Source of the DNA: Candidatus Zambryskibacteria bacterium RIFCSPLOWO2_01_FULL_39_39
GTDB lineage: Bacteria > Patescibacteriota > Minisyncoccia > Phycocordibacterales > WO2-35-19
Direction: 5' to 3'
DNA length: 64,000 nt
NCBI GenBank assembly: GCA_001823925.1
Contig: MHWB01000009.1
Location: forward strand, 25,086 to 89,085
A program made the translations under genes and the position numbers. The notes beneath the pieces were generated by a model. The model searched no databases. It was not told where the DNA came from and was given only the letters and a program-made list of their open reading frames with translations. Positions 19,186 through 28,572 of this stretch are shown one piece after another; position 1 is the first letter of the stretch; each line of letters begins with the position of its first letter.

Positions 19186-20280
19186 TTACATTCCCTCTTC
19201 TCGCAGTTTCAAGATAGCTTCTTTGGCAGACTTGGTTAATTTTTTAGGTAAGGCGACACGGATGTGAATTAAAATATCACCGCGATTTCTGCCATGTTCT
19301 GGCACTCCTTTGCCTTTGATTTGCAAAATATCACCAGTGTTTATACCTTCTGGAATATTTAAAGTGGAAAGTCCATCTAAAGTTTGAATGTCAATCTTGG
19401 CGCCGAGCAAAGCATCTGATAATTTTACATCTAGATTCATCACTAAATCATTGCCTTCTTTGTGGAAAGTTTTGTGTTTTTTGACATGGGTTTTTATATA
19501 AAGGTCGCCTGAGGTGCCTCCCTTGACCGCTTCACCTCCTCCCGAGAGACGGATCATTTCGCCATTGTCGATGCCGGCTGGGATTTTTATTTTTATTTCT
19601 TCTTCTTTTTTCAATATACCCAAACCATCACAAGAGCTGCATTTTTCTTTTGGCACTTTGCCACTGCCCGCGCAATTGTTGCAAGCTCTGGTCATTTCTA
19701 TAGAACCGAAGATAGACTTTTTCATTTCTCTGATTTTCCCTTTGCCGTTGCAAGTCTGGCAACTTATGATCTCGGTCCCCTTTTTGCCTCCGGTGCCACT
19801 ACAAACGTGACATACTGAGACTTTATTTAAAAGAATAGCTCGTTCTACTCCAAAAATTGCTTCTTCAAAAGAGAGCTCTATATCTATAGAGATGTCTCGC
19901 CCTCTTTTTGTTTGAGATCTTTGTCTTCCGCCAAAAATACTGCCTAAGTCAAATCCGTTTGCAAAAATATCTCCAAAATCAAAGTTTTCGGCAGAAAAAT
20001 TAAATCCCCCCGCTCCTGGATTGGAGGCAAAATCTTGCCAATTAAATCCACCCGTATTTCCTCCGGTAGCTCCGGCAAAATTTTGGCCGTACATATCATA
20101 CTGGGATCTCTTTTGGTCATCAGAAAGGACGGTATAAGCTTCGTTTATTTCTTTAAACTTTTCGGCATCACCCCCTTTTTTGTCGGGGTGAAATTTGTGG
20201 GCAAGTGTCCGAAAAGCCTTTTTAACCTCATCTTTGGAGGCCTTTTTGTCTATCCCTAATATGTCATAATAGTTCTTCAT
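19186..20280 (-). CDS. dnaJ: Chaperone DnaJ
   Basis: J-domain HPD, G/F region, four CxxCxGxG repeats; start placed at MKNYYD. Confidence 0.97.
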   Translation of the reverse strand: MKNYYDILGIDKKASKDEVKKAFRTLAHKFHPDKKGGDAEKFKEINEAYTVLSDDQKRSQYDMYGQNFAGATGGNTGGFNWQDFASNPGAGGFNFSAENFDFGDIFANGFDLGSIFGGRQRSQTKRGRDISIDIELSFEEAIFGVERAILLNKVSVCHVCSGTGGKKGTEIISCQTCNGKGKIREMKKSIFGSIEMTRACNNCAGSGKVPKEKCSSCDGLGILKKEEEIKIKIPAGIDNGEMIRLSGGGEAVKGGTSGDLYIKTHVKKHKTFHKEGNDLVMNLDVKLSDALLGAKIDIQTLDGLSTLNIPEGINTGDILQIKGKGVPEHGRNRGDILIHIRVALPKKLTKSAKEAILKLREEGM

Positions 20281-20359
20281 ATGATTTTGCGAAATCATGT
20301 CGCATGATACGTCGATTAGAGTGCGACCTTATTATATCAAATTTTTAACCCTTTGTCTC

Positions 20360-20668
20360 CTATCTTTTAAAAACAGTAGATTCGAGTCTTCTAACTCTCG
20401 AGCTTAGCTCGTCATAATCTACTCTAAAGGTTCTAGTATATTCTTCAAGTGAATTGTCTATTTTGTTGCCCAAATTCTCTAAATCTTGTTTCGTCGCAAA
20501 TCTTTCGAGATCTTGTTTTGTTACTGTATTTGCAAAACCTTTCGCTGTCGCTTGGGCGAGATTATCAACTGTCTCTGTTAGATTCTCCATAGTCTTTTCC
20601 AAATGATCCATTCGTTTATCTAAACTGCTGAGAGTGACGGAGTTTTTTGTTTTAGTAATTTTCTTCAT
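20360..20668 (-). CDS. Small coiled-coil protein
   Basis: Heptad pattern; internal TKQDLE repeat x2. Confidence 0.7.
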   Translation of the reverse strand: MKKITKTKNSVTLSSLDKRMDHLEKTMENLTETVDNLAQATAKGFANTVTKQDLERFATKQDLENLGNKIDNSLEEYTRTFRVDYDELSSRVRRLESTVFKR

Positions 20669-20687
20669 ACTTTTATTATACTAACTT

Positions 20688-22619
20688 TTAACTCTTTGTC
20701 TCGCTTGGCTCGTCGGAGCTTTCAGCAGAGGTGGCTCCCCCTTTTTCCTCAGGTGGTTTTTGGTCTTCCTTGTCCGACGAAGCTTCAGCGGAGTTGGATG
20801 GCTTTTGTTCTTGTTGGGGATTCTTACTCATATACTCCCCTATTTTTTGAATCTCTTTAGAAAGATTTTCGGTAGCTGTTTTTATTGCTCCGACATCTTC
20901 GCCGTCTTTTATTTTTTTAAGCTCATTTACTTTTTCTTCAACACCCTTTTTGATTTCATCACTTATTTTTCCCTCCGCTTCCTTCAAAGCTTTTTCGGTA
21001 GTGTAGATCAATTGCTCGGCCAAGTTTTTGGTTTCAGCCGCTTCTTTCTTTTTCAGGTCATCTGCGGCATGGGTCTCGGCATCTTTTTGCATCTTTTCTA
21101 TCTCTTCTTTAGAAAGACCCGAAGTGCCTTCTATTTTTATTGATTGCTCTTTGCCGCTTGATTTGTCTTTGGCTTTGACGCTCAATATACCATTGGCGTC
21201 TATATCAAAAGAAACTTCTACTTGAGGCATACCGCGTGGAGATGGAGGAATACCGTCTAAAATAAATCGGCCTAAGGTACGGTTGTCTCCTGCCAAAGGT
21301 CTTTCACCTTGGACGACGTGTATCTCTACGCTAGTTTGATTGTCAGCAGCTGTAGAAAAGACTTGTGATTTGGAAGCTGGGATAGTGGTGTTTCGGTCAA
21401 TGAGTTTGGTGGCCACTCCGCCCATAGTCTCAATACCGAGTGAAAGCGGGATAACGTCCAAAAGCAAAATATCTTTGACATCTCCGGCGATAATACCTCC
21501 TTGGATAGCGGCGCCTAACGCAACTACTTCGTCCGGGTTGATGCTTTTGTTTGGTTCTTTGCCGAAAAACTTTTTTACTTCTTCTATGATTTTCGGCATT
21601 CTGGTCTGACCCCCCACCAATACTATTTCTTCTATTTCGGCCACTTTAAAAGGCGAGCTTTCTATTGCACGTCGGGTGATCTCCATGGCTCTAGCGATAA
21701 ATTCATCAGAGAGCTCTTCTAGTTTGGCGCGGTTCATCTTAATAAGGAGGTGGCGAGGGCCAGAAGAATCGGAAGTGATAAACGGGATGTTTACTTCGGT
21801 ATCTGTGGCGGTGGAGAGCTCAATCTTGGCTTTTTCTGCCGCTTCGTCGAGTCTCTGGAGGGCCAGCGGATCTTTGGTGATGTCAATACCACTTTCCTTT
21901 TTAAATTCAGAGGCCAGGAAGTAGATGATTTTTTGATCAATATCTTTACCGCCTAAGTGTGAGTCACCATCGGTTGACTTAACCTCTACCACATCATCCC
22001 CGACTTCCAAAATAGAAATATCAAAAGTACCACCCCCAAAATCAAAGACGGCGATTTGTTCATTTTTCTTTTTATTAAATCCATAAGCTAAAGCCGCGGC
22101 GGTGGGTTCATTTATAATGCGTAAAACATCAAGGCCCGCGATTTGGCCAGCGTCTTTGGTAGCCTTTCTTTGGGCATCGTTGAAATAAGCGGGCACCGTG
22201 ATAATAGCTTGGCTAATTTTTTCTCCGAGTTTAGCTTCGGCATCGGCTTTGAGTTTCCCAAGTATCATAGCCGAAATTTCTTCCGGTCGGTAAATGTGAT
22301 CGTTCATTTTTACTTGGACACTACCGGTAGTGGAAGCAGAAATTTCAAAAGGCACAGTATCCTTATCTTTTTGGACAGCATCTTCTTTGAAATCATGACC
22401 GATAAATCTCTTGATGCCAAAAACAGTGTTTTGAGGATTGGTGACCGCTTGCCTTCTAGCCAAAAGCCCCACCAATCTTTCGCCTGTTTTAGAAATAGCG
22501 ACAATAGAGGGGGTGGTTCGCGCTCCCTCTGCGTTTTCAATTATTTTTGGATTTCCAGATTCCATCACTGCCACCGCGCAGTTGGTAGTTCCCAAATCTA
22601 TTCCTATGATTTTTGACAT
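20688..22619 (-). CDS. dnaK: Chaperone DnaK
   Basis: [34 protein letters not shown]. Confidence 0.98.
   Translation of the reverse strand: MSKIIGIDLGTTNCAVAVMESGNPKIIENAEGARTTPSIVAISKTGERLVGLLARRQAVTNPQNTVFGIKRFIGHDFKEDAVQKDKDTVPFEISASTTGSVQVKMNDHIYRPEEISAMILGKLKADAEAKLGEKISQAIITVPAYFNDAQRKATKDAGQIAGLDVLRIINEPTAAALAYGFNKKKNEQIAVFDFGGGTFDISILEVGDDVVEVKSTDGDSHLGGKDIDQKIIYFLASEFKKESGIDITKDPLALQRLDEAAEKAKIELSTATDTEVNIPFITSDSSGPRHLLIKMNRAKLEELSDEFIARAMEITRRAIESSPFKVAEIEEIVLVGGQTRMPKIIEEVKKFFGKEPNKSINPDEVVALGAAIQGGIIAGDVKDILLLDVIPLSLGIETMGGVATKLIDRNTTIPASKSQVFSTAADNQTSVEIHVVQGERPLAGDNRTLGRFILDGIPPSPRGMPQVEVSFDIDANGILSVKAKDKSSGKEQSIKIEGTSGLSKEEIEKMQKDAETHAADDLKKKEAAETKNLAEQLIYTTEKALKEAEGKISDEIKKGVEEKVNELKKIKDGEDVGAIKTATENLSKEIQKIGEYMSKNPQQEQKPSNSAEASSDKEDQKPPEEKGGATSAESSDEPSETKS
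20703..20798 (+). repeat. Two family B repeats, in frame in DnaK tail
   Basis: 20768-98 ccttgtccgacgaagcttcagcggagttgga ([10 protein letters not shown]) and a degenerate copy at 20703-34. Confidence 0.6.
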
Positions 22620-22659
22620 ATTGATACGAAAATTATGCGAATAATTTTAAAATTTCAGA

Positions 22660-22716
22660 CCCCACCCCGTCCGATTTACATCGGACTGCCCCTCCCCTTG
22701 TCTAATGTGAGGGGCA
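22660..22716 (+). repeat. Intergenic family E element with an extra internal hairpin
   Basis: ccccaccccg-tccgatttacatcgga-ctgcccctcccc...gaggggca, similar to the DUF559 flanks in leuS. Confidence 0.55.
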
Positions 22717-22777
22717 AGTGGAATAAAATAATAATGTTTTGCGAATGAATTATACATCTAGTCACATTTTTATACAC

Positions 22778-22806
22778 TTGACTTGTATACTATAATTTGT
22801 TATAAT
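22778..22806 (+). promoter_or_regulatory. Sigma70 promoter antisense to the grpE region
   Basis: TTGACT-17-TATAAT with extended TG. Confidence 0.55.
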
Positions 22807-22848
22807 ATAGTTGGGAGAGTAACGATATACATACCGGCGACTTTTCTT

Positions 22849-23109
22849 TTACACCAAGTTTGTTTCTAAAGTATTAATTCTATTTTCGTGATCGCTAACC
22901 TGAACTTTTACAAGTGTTTTTTCTTCTGCAATTCCAGCAATCATTTCTTCTTGAGAGTCGAGTTTTTTATCTATAGTAATAAGTTTTTCGTTTGTGGCTT
23001 TAAATTTATCGTTTACATTTTCAATTAAAGCTCCAATATGTTGCTTCATATCTTCATTTGCTTCAGTTCTAACTTGTTTTATATATTTTTGTATAGATTC
23101 TTCGTTCAT
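22849..23109 (-). CDS. Small coiled-coil protein
   Basis: Heptads ending in DHENRINTLE. Confidence 0.7.
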   Translation of the reverse strand: MNEESIQKYIKQVRTEANEDMKQHIGALIENVNDKFKATNEKLITIDKKLDSQEEMIAGIAEEKTLVKVQVSDHENRINTLETNLV

Positions 23110-23151
23110 ATTCTCATTATAGCATAGTCAGCTAGTGGTAATGTAATATGG

Positions 23152-23721
23152 TTATCCACTCCTATACTCCCCCACTTTGACTTTGGGGGCGCGGATGATT
23201 TTGTTTTGGAGTTTGTAGCCGGCACTCATTACTTCTAGTATTTTATGATTATCTTCTTCTTTTTCTGTTGGTACGGTCTCTACCGCTTCATCTCTTTTGG
23301 GATCAAATAATTCCCCAAGGGGCGAGACTACAGAGACCCCATGATTTGAAAGAACGTTTATAAGCTGAGTATGGATATACTCCACACCTTGTCTCCAATT
23401 TTTGTCTACCTTTTCCCAAGCTTCTTTGTTTTTGAAAGCACTTTCAAATGAATCAAGGACGGTAATGATTTCAGTAGCAATATCTTCTTTGGCAAATTTA
23501 GCAAATTCACTCTTTTCTTCTTCTAGTCTTTTACGCAAATTTACCCCATCTGCCCTCTCTTTTTGCCAACCGATCAAATACTCTTGATTTTTCTCTTCCA
23601 ACTCTTTAATTTTTTGTCTGAGTTTTTTTATAAGGCTGGCTGGATTATTTTCTTCTTCCTCATTATCAAAAGTTACTTCAAGAGTTTCTTCTGAATTATT
23701 TTTTTTATCCTCGTCTCCCAT
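23152..23721 (-). CDS. grpE: Nucleotide exchange factor GrpE
   Basis: ERADGVNLRKR, FDPKRDEAV, GYKL..IIRAPKVKV. Confidence 0.95.
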   Translation of the reverse strand: MGDEDKKNNSEETLEVTFDNEEEENNPASLIKKLRQKIKELEEKNQEYLIGWQKERADGVNLRKRLEEEKSEFAKFAKEDIATEIITVLDSFESAFKNKEAWEKVDKNWRQGVEYIHTQLINVLSNHGVSVVSPLGELFDPKRDEAVETVPTEKEEDNHKILEVMSAGYKLQNKIIRAPKVKVGEYRSG

Positions 23722-23781
23722 TTGTGTTATAAAATTATAAACATCCAGATATTTACTAGACTCCCTATTTAAAAGTTAATT

Positions 23782-24210
23782 TTATTTAGATCTGGATTTA
23801 CTCTCCCTTTCTTTGCGCCTTGATTTTGTGCCATACATAAATACTCCAACGAGAGAAGCAAGTGTTCCTCCCCCGATTATACTACTTGCCCACTGCTGAC
23901 CTTTTATACTTACAAATAAAGCTACTGTTAATCCAAATATAGAAATAATAAACCCAAGTATTTGTCCCCATTTTGATCTTTCTACATCGGACTTTATAAC
24001 TCTTTTTTCTAAATCGACTCTGTGGGCAAATTGATCTTCTGCCATTTTAATTATTCTTTCTGCTGCACCCGGAACAATACTGTTAAATCTTTCTAAGATT
24101 TCTGGTGGGGGTAACGGACCAGAAAAAGATTGAAAAGATTCCTGGCGAACTAACATTTTACCATCCGCATCTTTGTTATTTTTATCTGGCGAGTTGTTCA
24201 TATCTTTCAA
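23782..24210 (-). CDS. DUF2335-like membrane protein
   Basis: FSGPLPPP...PGAAERII.MAE, two TMs. Confidence 0.85.
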   Translation of the reverse strand: MKDMNNSPDKNNKDADGKMLVRQESFQSFSGPLPPPEILERFNSIVPGAAERIIKMAEDQFAHRVDLEKRVIKSDVERSKWGQILGFIISIFGLTVALFVSIKGQQWASSIIGGGTLASLVGVFMYGTKSRRKERESKSRSK

Positions 24211-24394
24211 TAGATATTTTTATATCATCACCAATGGCTCTCCAGTCATTCTTCAATGACTCGATATCAGTCTCTGCGTCGGTTTCAGAAGCGTTGTACT
24301 CTTGGAGAGTATTTCCAAAATCTAATAATCTAGCCCCTCCTTCTATAAAAGAAGGTTCAGCAAAAAGTTTGTTTGAAATATAGTGTTTTTTCAT
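24182..24394 (-). CDS. Small hypothetical protein overlapping the DUF2335 start
   Basis: SFIEGGARLLDFG..DWRAIGDDIK; overlap suggests translational coupling. Confidence 0.7.
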   Translation of the reverse strand: MKKHYISNKLFAEPSFIEGGARLLDFGNTLQEYNASETDAETDIESLKNDWRAIGDDIKISIERYEQLAR

Positions 24395-24455
24395 ACAATC
24401 TAATCTTAACAGATAGAGAAGAAGTGAACAAGTTAACAGTAAGCTCAGGATTAAA

Positions 24456-24869
24456 CTATCTCTTTGACCACTGTGGAGCTTTACGGGCTTTCTTGAGGCC
24501 GAATTTGCGACGCTCTTTGGCTCTAGGGTCGCGTTTCAAAAAGCCAGCTGTTTTTAGTTTGGTCTTTGAAGATTCGTCATGTTTGACGAGGGCACGAGAG
24601 ATACCATGCCTCACTGCTTCCGCTTGGGAATGAACACCGCCACCCTTTACATGTATTGAAATATTGAAATTGCCAACTTTTACTTTGTTTGTGGCTTCTT
24701 CTATAATCTTGCGAAGTTCTGCTGTTGGAAAATAAGACGCCAAATCGCGGTCGTTTATTTTAAAAGTGTTTTTAGAGGCGGGGGTAATCCGCACTCTAGC
24801 TGAAGCTGTTTTTCTTCTACCTACGGCTTCTGTATATCTATCTGCTGTTTTTTCTTTTGTGATTGGCAT
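24456..24869 (-). CDS. rpsI: 30S ribosomal protein S9
   Basis: GRRKTASARV, KKARKAPQWSKR. Confidence 0.98.
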   Translation of the reverse strand: MPITKEKTADRYTEAVGRRKTASARVRITPASKNTFKINDRDLASYFPTAELRKIIEEATNKVKVGNFNISIHVKGGGVHSQAEAVRHGISRALVKHDESSKTKLKTAGFLKRDPRAKERRKFGLKKARKAPQWSKR

Positions 24870-24894
24870 ATGTGTTGTAGCGGAGCTTGATTTT

Positions 24895-25260
24895 TTATTT
24901 TGTAATTAATAAATTTTTCATCATCCTATCTCTCAATTTGTTTTTGGGCAACATGCCTTTTATAGCAATCTTTAAGACTTCTTTCATACCAAAATCAGCC
25001 ACTACCTTTTTCATTGTTCGCTCGCGTAAGCCCCCCGGATAGCCTGAATAATTTTTATAAACTTTTTGATCCATTTTTTTGTTGGTGGTAGATATTTTGG
25101 TGGCGTTTGTTATTTTTAGTTTTATATTTGGAATAGCGTTACGGACAAAATCGGCTCGATTTTTGCCCATCAAAACAGTTGCCGCCTCGGAAGCGATCCT
25201 ACCCAACTTTTTTCCTTCTGCATCTATTGTATATTCCATTTTATTTGCGTCATTTGTCAT
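24895..25260 (-). CDS. rplM: 50S ribosomal protein L13
   Basis: IDAEGKKLGRIAS, SGYPGGL, GMLPKNKL. Confidence 0.97.
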   Translation of the reverse strand: MTNDANKMEYTIDAEGKKLGRIASEAATVLMGKNRADFVRNAIPNIKLKITNATKISTTNKKMDQKVYKNYSGYPGGLRERTMKKVVADFGMKEVLKIAIKGMLPKNKLRDRMMKNLLITK

Positions 25261-25281
25261 AATTTGTAATTTAGTTGCGTG

Positions 25282-25629
25282 TTATACAAATTCAATAATT
25301 GCCATCTTGCTTCCGTCCGAAAGTCTTCTTTTGGATTTTGTAATCCTGGTGAAGCCTCCTTTGCGGTCCTCGTATTTTTTGGAAATAGTATCCACCAATA
25401 TTTTAGTGGCGCCCACTCCTATCTTTGTTCCTATGATTCTTCTTGCAGATACTGTCCCGGCCTTACCTTTGGTGACCAGTTTTTCTATGAAAGGTCTAAG
25501 CTCTTTGGCTTTTGGTTCGGTGGTTTTTATTTTCTGATGCAAAACCAAAGATCGAGCAAGAGAATTGATCAAAGCATTTCTTACTTTGCGTACCCTACTA
25601 AATTTTCTGTTTGCGTTGTGGTGTCTCAT
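25282..25629 (-). CDS. rplQ: 50S ribosomal protein L17
   Basis: MRH, IKTTEPKAKELR, GGFTRI. Confidence 0.97.
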   Translation of the reverse strand: MRHHNANRKFSRVRKVRNALINSLARSLVLHQKIKTTEPKAKELRPFIEKLVTKGKAGTVSARRIIGTKIGVGATKILVDTISKKYEDRKGGFTRITKSKRRLSDGSKMAIIEFV

Positions 25630-25658
25630 GTTCGTATTTAGTGCTTCGTATTTCTAAT

Positions 25659-26651
25659 TTACTTTAAAGTTATACCATGTTCTCCCAAAACTCTTTTGAT
25701 CTCGGCTACTCCTTTTGCTCCAAGACCTTCTACTTCCAATATGTCTTTTTCTTTTTTCCTGGCCAAGCCCCCAATTGTCCTAATGTTGGCGCTGGAAAGT
25801 GCATTTAGTGTGCGAGCTCCCAAATTTAGATTTTCAATACGAGTTTTTAGAAATTCTGGATCCATTTTTTGATTTTCATTATGCATCTCTTCATCCATAT
25901 TTGAAGTGTCATCAGTTGAAAACTCTCCATCTTTCAAGTTCTCCTTTTCTTCAAAACCAGTGATAGCTTTCAATTGTCCTATCATAATGTTTATAGATTT
26001 TTCGAGGGATTCTTTGGGGCTTATACTGCCATCTGTTTCTATAAGTATGCGTAGACGATTAAAATCGGTGCGGTCACCAACTCGCATATTTTCTACCTCA
26101 TAACTAACCCTTCTGATTGGAGTAAAGTTTGCATCCAAGACTATGGTGCCGATATCAACCTTGTTCTTGCCGAGGCTGTCACGACTAACAAACCCGAGAC
26201 CCTTTTCTACTACCATCTCGATATTGAGCTCCGAATCTTTGTCTGTGAGAGTGGCGATCACAAGTTCTGGATTTATTATTTCTACTTGTCCGGGAGCCTC
26301 TATGTCTTTGGCGGTTAAAGTCTTCATTCCCTTCCCTTTGATAGTTAGGGTTTGGGGTTCGTTTGAAAGCATCTTGACTCGGAGTTTTTTTATGTTGAGC
26401 ATTATCATTATTACATCTTCTTTTACTCCTTTGATTGAAGAAAATTCGTGTTCAACACTGTTTATTTTTATTGAAGTTATAGCGGCTCCGGGTAAAGAGG
26501 ACAAAATAATGCGACGGAGACTGTTGCCGATAGTAAATCCAAATCCGGGATAAAATCCGTCAATTTCATAGACACCACGATTATCATCCTCGGAGACTAC
26601 CCGTGGTTTTGAAGGCAATATAATAGCTTTATCAAAATTATCCATTGTCAT
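25659..26651 (-). CDS. rpoA: RNA polymerase alpha subunit
   Basis: GNSLRRIILSSLPGAAIT, HEFSSIKGVKEDV, alpha-CTD. Confidence 0.98.
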   Translation of the reverse strand: MTMDNFDKAIILPSKPRVVSEDDNRGVYEIDGFYPGFGFTIGNSLRRIILSSLPGAAITSIKINSVEHEFSSIKGVKEDVIMIMLNIKKLRVKMLSNEPQTLTIKGKGMKTLTAKDIEAPGQVEIINPELVIATLTDKDSELNIEMVVEKGLGFVSRDSLGKNKVDIGTIVLDANFTPIRRVSYEVENMRVGDRTDFNRLRILIETDGSISPKESLEKSINIMIGQLKAITGFEEKENLKDGEFSTDDTSNMDEEMHNENQKMDPEFLKTRIENLNLGARTLNALSSANIRTIGGLARKKEKDILEVEGLGAKGVAEIKRVLGEHGITLK

Positions 26652-26668
26652 AATATTAAAAATTAAAA

Positions 26669-27277
26669 TTACCTCTGGTAATACTCAATAACTTGACCAA
26701 GATCAAATAATAAATCAGATTTCTCTATAAAAGAGCTATCTTTTACAGAAAGTTCTTTTGTTTTGGTATCCCAAGAAATCCAATCTGGCGATTTTGTCTC
26801 TATTATTTTATTTTCCAATTCACTAAACATCTTGCTTCCCTGGCTACCTTGTCTTACGGTGATTTTATCTCCCCCCTTTACACTAAAAGACGGCACATAA
26901 ACTTTTTTACCATTTACCAAAAAATGTCCATGTGCGACCGCTTGTCTGGCCGCAAGATGAGTTGGTAAAATACCAGCTCTCCAGACTACATTATCAAGAC
27001 GATGCTCTAAAGATTTTAAAAGGTTTATGGTGGGTGAACTCGTCTTTTTGCTAAGGGCTTGATTTACGTATTTTGCAAATTGTTTTTCGGTAACGCAATA
27101 AAACATTCTGGCTTTTTGCTTCTCATTTAATTGGGTGCCAAAATCGGTCTTTGGTTTGTTAAAAGACCTCTTCTTGTTTTTGCGCTCCTCCCGCAAGCTA
27201 TATTTTTGAGTTTGAGTTTTCTCAAAAATCGGAGCTTTGAGTCGGCGGGCTATTTTGTATTTTGGACCTATTTTCAT
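26669..27277 (-). CDS. rpsD: 30S ribosomal protein S4
   Basis: EKQKAR, LEHRLDNVV, ARQAVAHGH. Confidence 0.97.
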   Translation of the reverse strand: MKIGPKYKIARRLKAPIFEKTQTQKYSLREERKNKKRSFNKPKTDFGTQLNEKQKARMFYCVTEKQFAKYVNQALSKKTSSPTINLLKSLEHRLDNVVWRAGILPTHLAARQAVAHGHFLVNGKKVYVPSFSVKGGDKITVRQGSQGSKMFSELENKIIETKSPDWISWDTKTKELSVKDSSFIEKSDLLFDLGQVIEYYQR

Positions 27278-27302
27278 AAATTGATTTTATATTTAACAAA
27301 GA

Positions 27303-27737
27303 TTAAACTCTCCTTGGTTTTTTTGGTTTTGGACCGTTATGAGGTACTGGTGTGGCATCTTTTATGGAGGTTATGTTTATACCTTTTGATATAAAACCTC
27401 TTATTCCCGACTCCCTACCCGATCCAACTCCTTTTACAATGACTCCGATTTCTTTTATCCCCAAAGCTTGAGCTCTGGCTCCTAAAGTTTCGCCCACTTT
27501 AGCGGCTGCAAAAGGAGTGCCCTTTTTTGCTCCTTTAAATCCCAATTTACCGCTTGATTCTACTGCCAAGACGTTACCCTTTTTATCAGTAAGTACCAGT
27601 TCGGTGTTGTTGTAAGTCGATCTGACATAAAGCAATCCAGCGTCGACTCTTTTTTTAGACGAAAGAGCAGATGTGTCGGTCTTAACACTTGCATCTCCTG
27701 CTTCGGATTCTGTTTTTACAATTCTCTTTTTTCCCAT
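27303..27737 (-). CDS. rpsK: 30S ribosomal protein S11
   Basis: STYNNT, GTPFAA, TPVPHNG. Confidence 0.97.
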   Translation of the reverse strand: MGKKRIVKTESEAGDASVKTDTSALSSKKRVDAGLLYVRSTYNNTELVLTDKKGNVLAVESSGKLGFKGAKKGTPFAAAKVGETLGARAQALGIKEIGVIVKGVGSGRESGIRGFISKGINITSIKDATPVPHNGPKPKKPRRV

Positions 27738-27751
27738 TTTATTTTATTATT

Positions 27752-28132
27752 TTATTTCTTTTCAACCGCTCTTCGTCCGGTACCCATTGTTTTTCTGGTG
27801 TTTCCTCTACGAGTACGCGAATTGGTTTTGGTGCGTTGCCCCCTAACTGGCAGAGTTCTACTATGTCTCACTCCTCTATAACATTTGATATCCTTTAATC
27901 TTTTTATGTTTCCAGAAACTTCTCTTTTTAAGTCTCCTTCAATTTTTAAACCCTCTATTATTTTTTTAATTTGGTTTTCTTGTTCTCCACTTAACCCTTC
28001 TGCTTTTGTACCCCAATCTATTTTAGCTTTATCTAAAATTTGCTGAGCTCGAGATCTGCCAACTCCAAAAAGGACAGTCAAGCTTATCTCAAGTCTTTTT
28101 TTATCCGGTATTGTAATTCCTAATATTCTCAT
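27752..28132 (-). CDS. rpsM: 30S ribosomal protein S13
   Basis: MRILGITIP start, LPVRGQRTKTNSRT. Confidence 0.97.
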   Translation of the reverse strand: MRILGITIPDKKRLEISLTVLFGVGRSRAQQILDKAKIDWGTKAEGLSGEQENQIKKIIEGLKIEGDLKREVSGNIKRLKDIKCYRGVRHSRTLPVRGQRTKTNSRTRRGNTRKTMGTGRRAVEKK

Positions 28133-28158
28133 AATTTTTCCTTTTTTCAATATTTAAA

Positions 28159-28275
28159 TTAACCTTGTCTTTGTTTGTGTTTCGGATTTCCTTTACAAAT
28201 TACAAACAAAACGCCTCCTCGGCGAACTAATTTACATTTTGGACACATCTTCTTTATTGAAGCTTTTACTTTCAT
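28159..28275 (-). CDS. rpmJ: 50S ribosomal protein L36 (Zn-ribbon type)
   Basis: Manual translation [38 protein letters not shown]; below ORF-track cutoff. Confidence 0.97.
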   Translation of the reverse strand: MKVKASIKKMCPKCKLVRRGGVLFVICKGNPKHKQRQG

Positions 28276-28285
28276 TTTTTACTGT

Positions 28286-28516
28286 TCATGTTGTTCGTCT
28301 ACCATCAAGTCTACGAATAATCCTGCCTTTTCCTCCATATGGGTCAAGCACGACTTCAACAGAATCTCCGATCAAGACCTTGATTCTATTGAGTCTCATT
28401 TTACCCGATAAATATGCAAGCAACTCTTCTTCTTGTAATTTGACACGGAAAAACGCATTCGGAAGCGCTTCCGTTACCATACCTATTTTTGTCTCCCGCC
28501 TTTCTTTATCTGTCAT
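28286..28516 (-). CDS. infA: Translation initiation factor IF-1
   Basis: [21 protein letters not shown]. Confidence 0.97.
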   Translation of the reverse strand: MTDKERRETKIGMVTEALPNAFFRVKLQEEELLAYLSGKMRLNRIKVLIGDSVEVVLDPYGGKGRIIRRLDGRRTT

Positions 28517-28572
28517 TTGAAATAAAACAACAATGGGAAAAGGTTAGCATAAAAGCCCCTTGGGTGTCAACT

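Noticed and set aside
18932-19267. 111-aa ORF
   Set aside because: Runs through a promoter and terminator and overlaps the dnaJ end; composition is not protein-like
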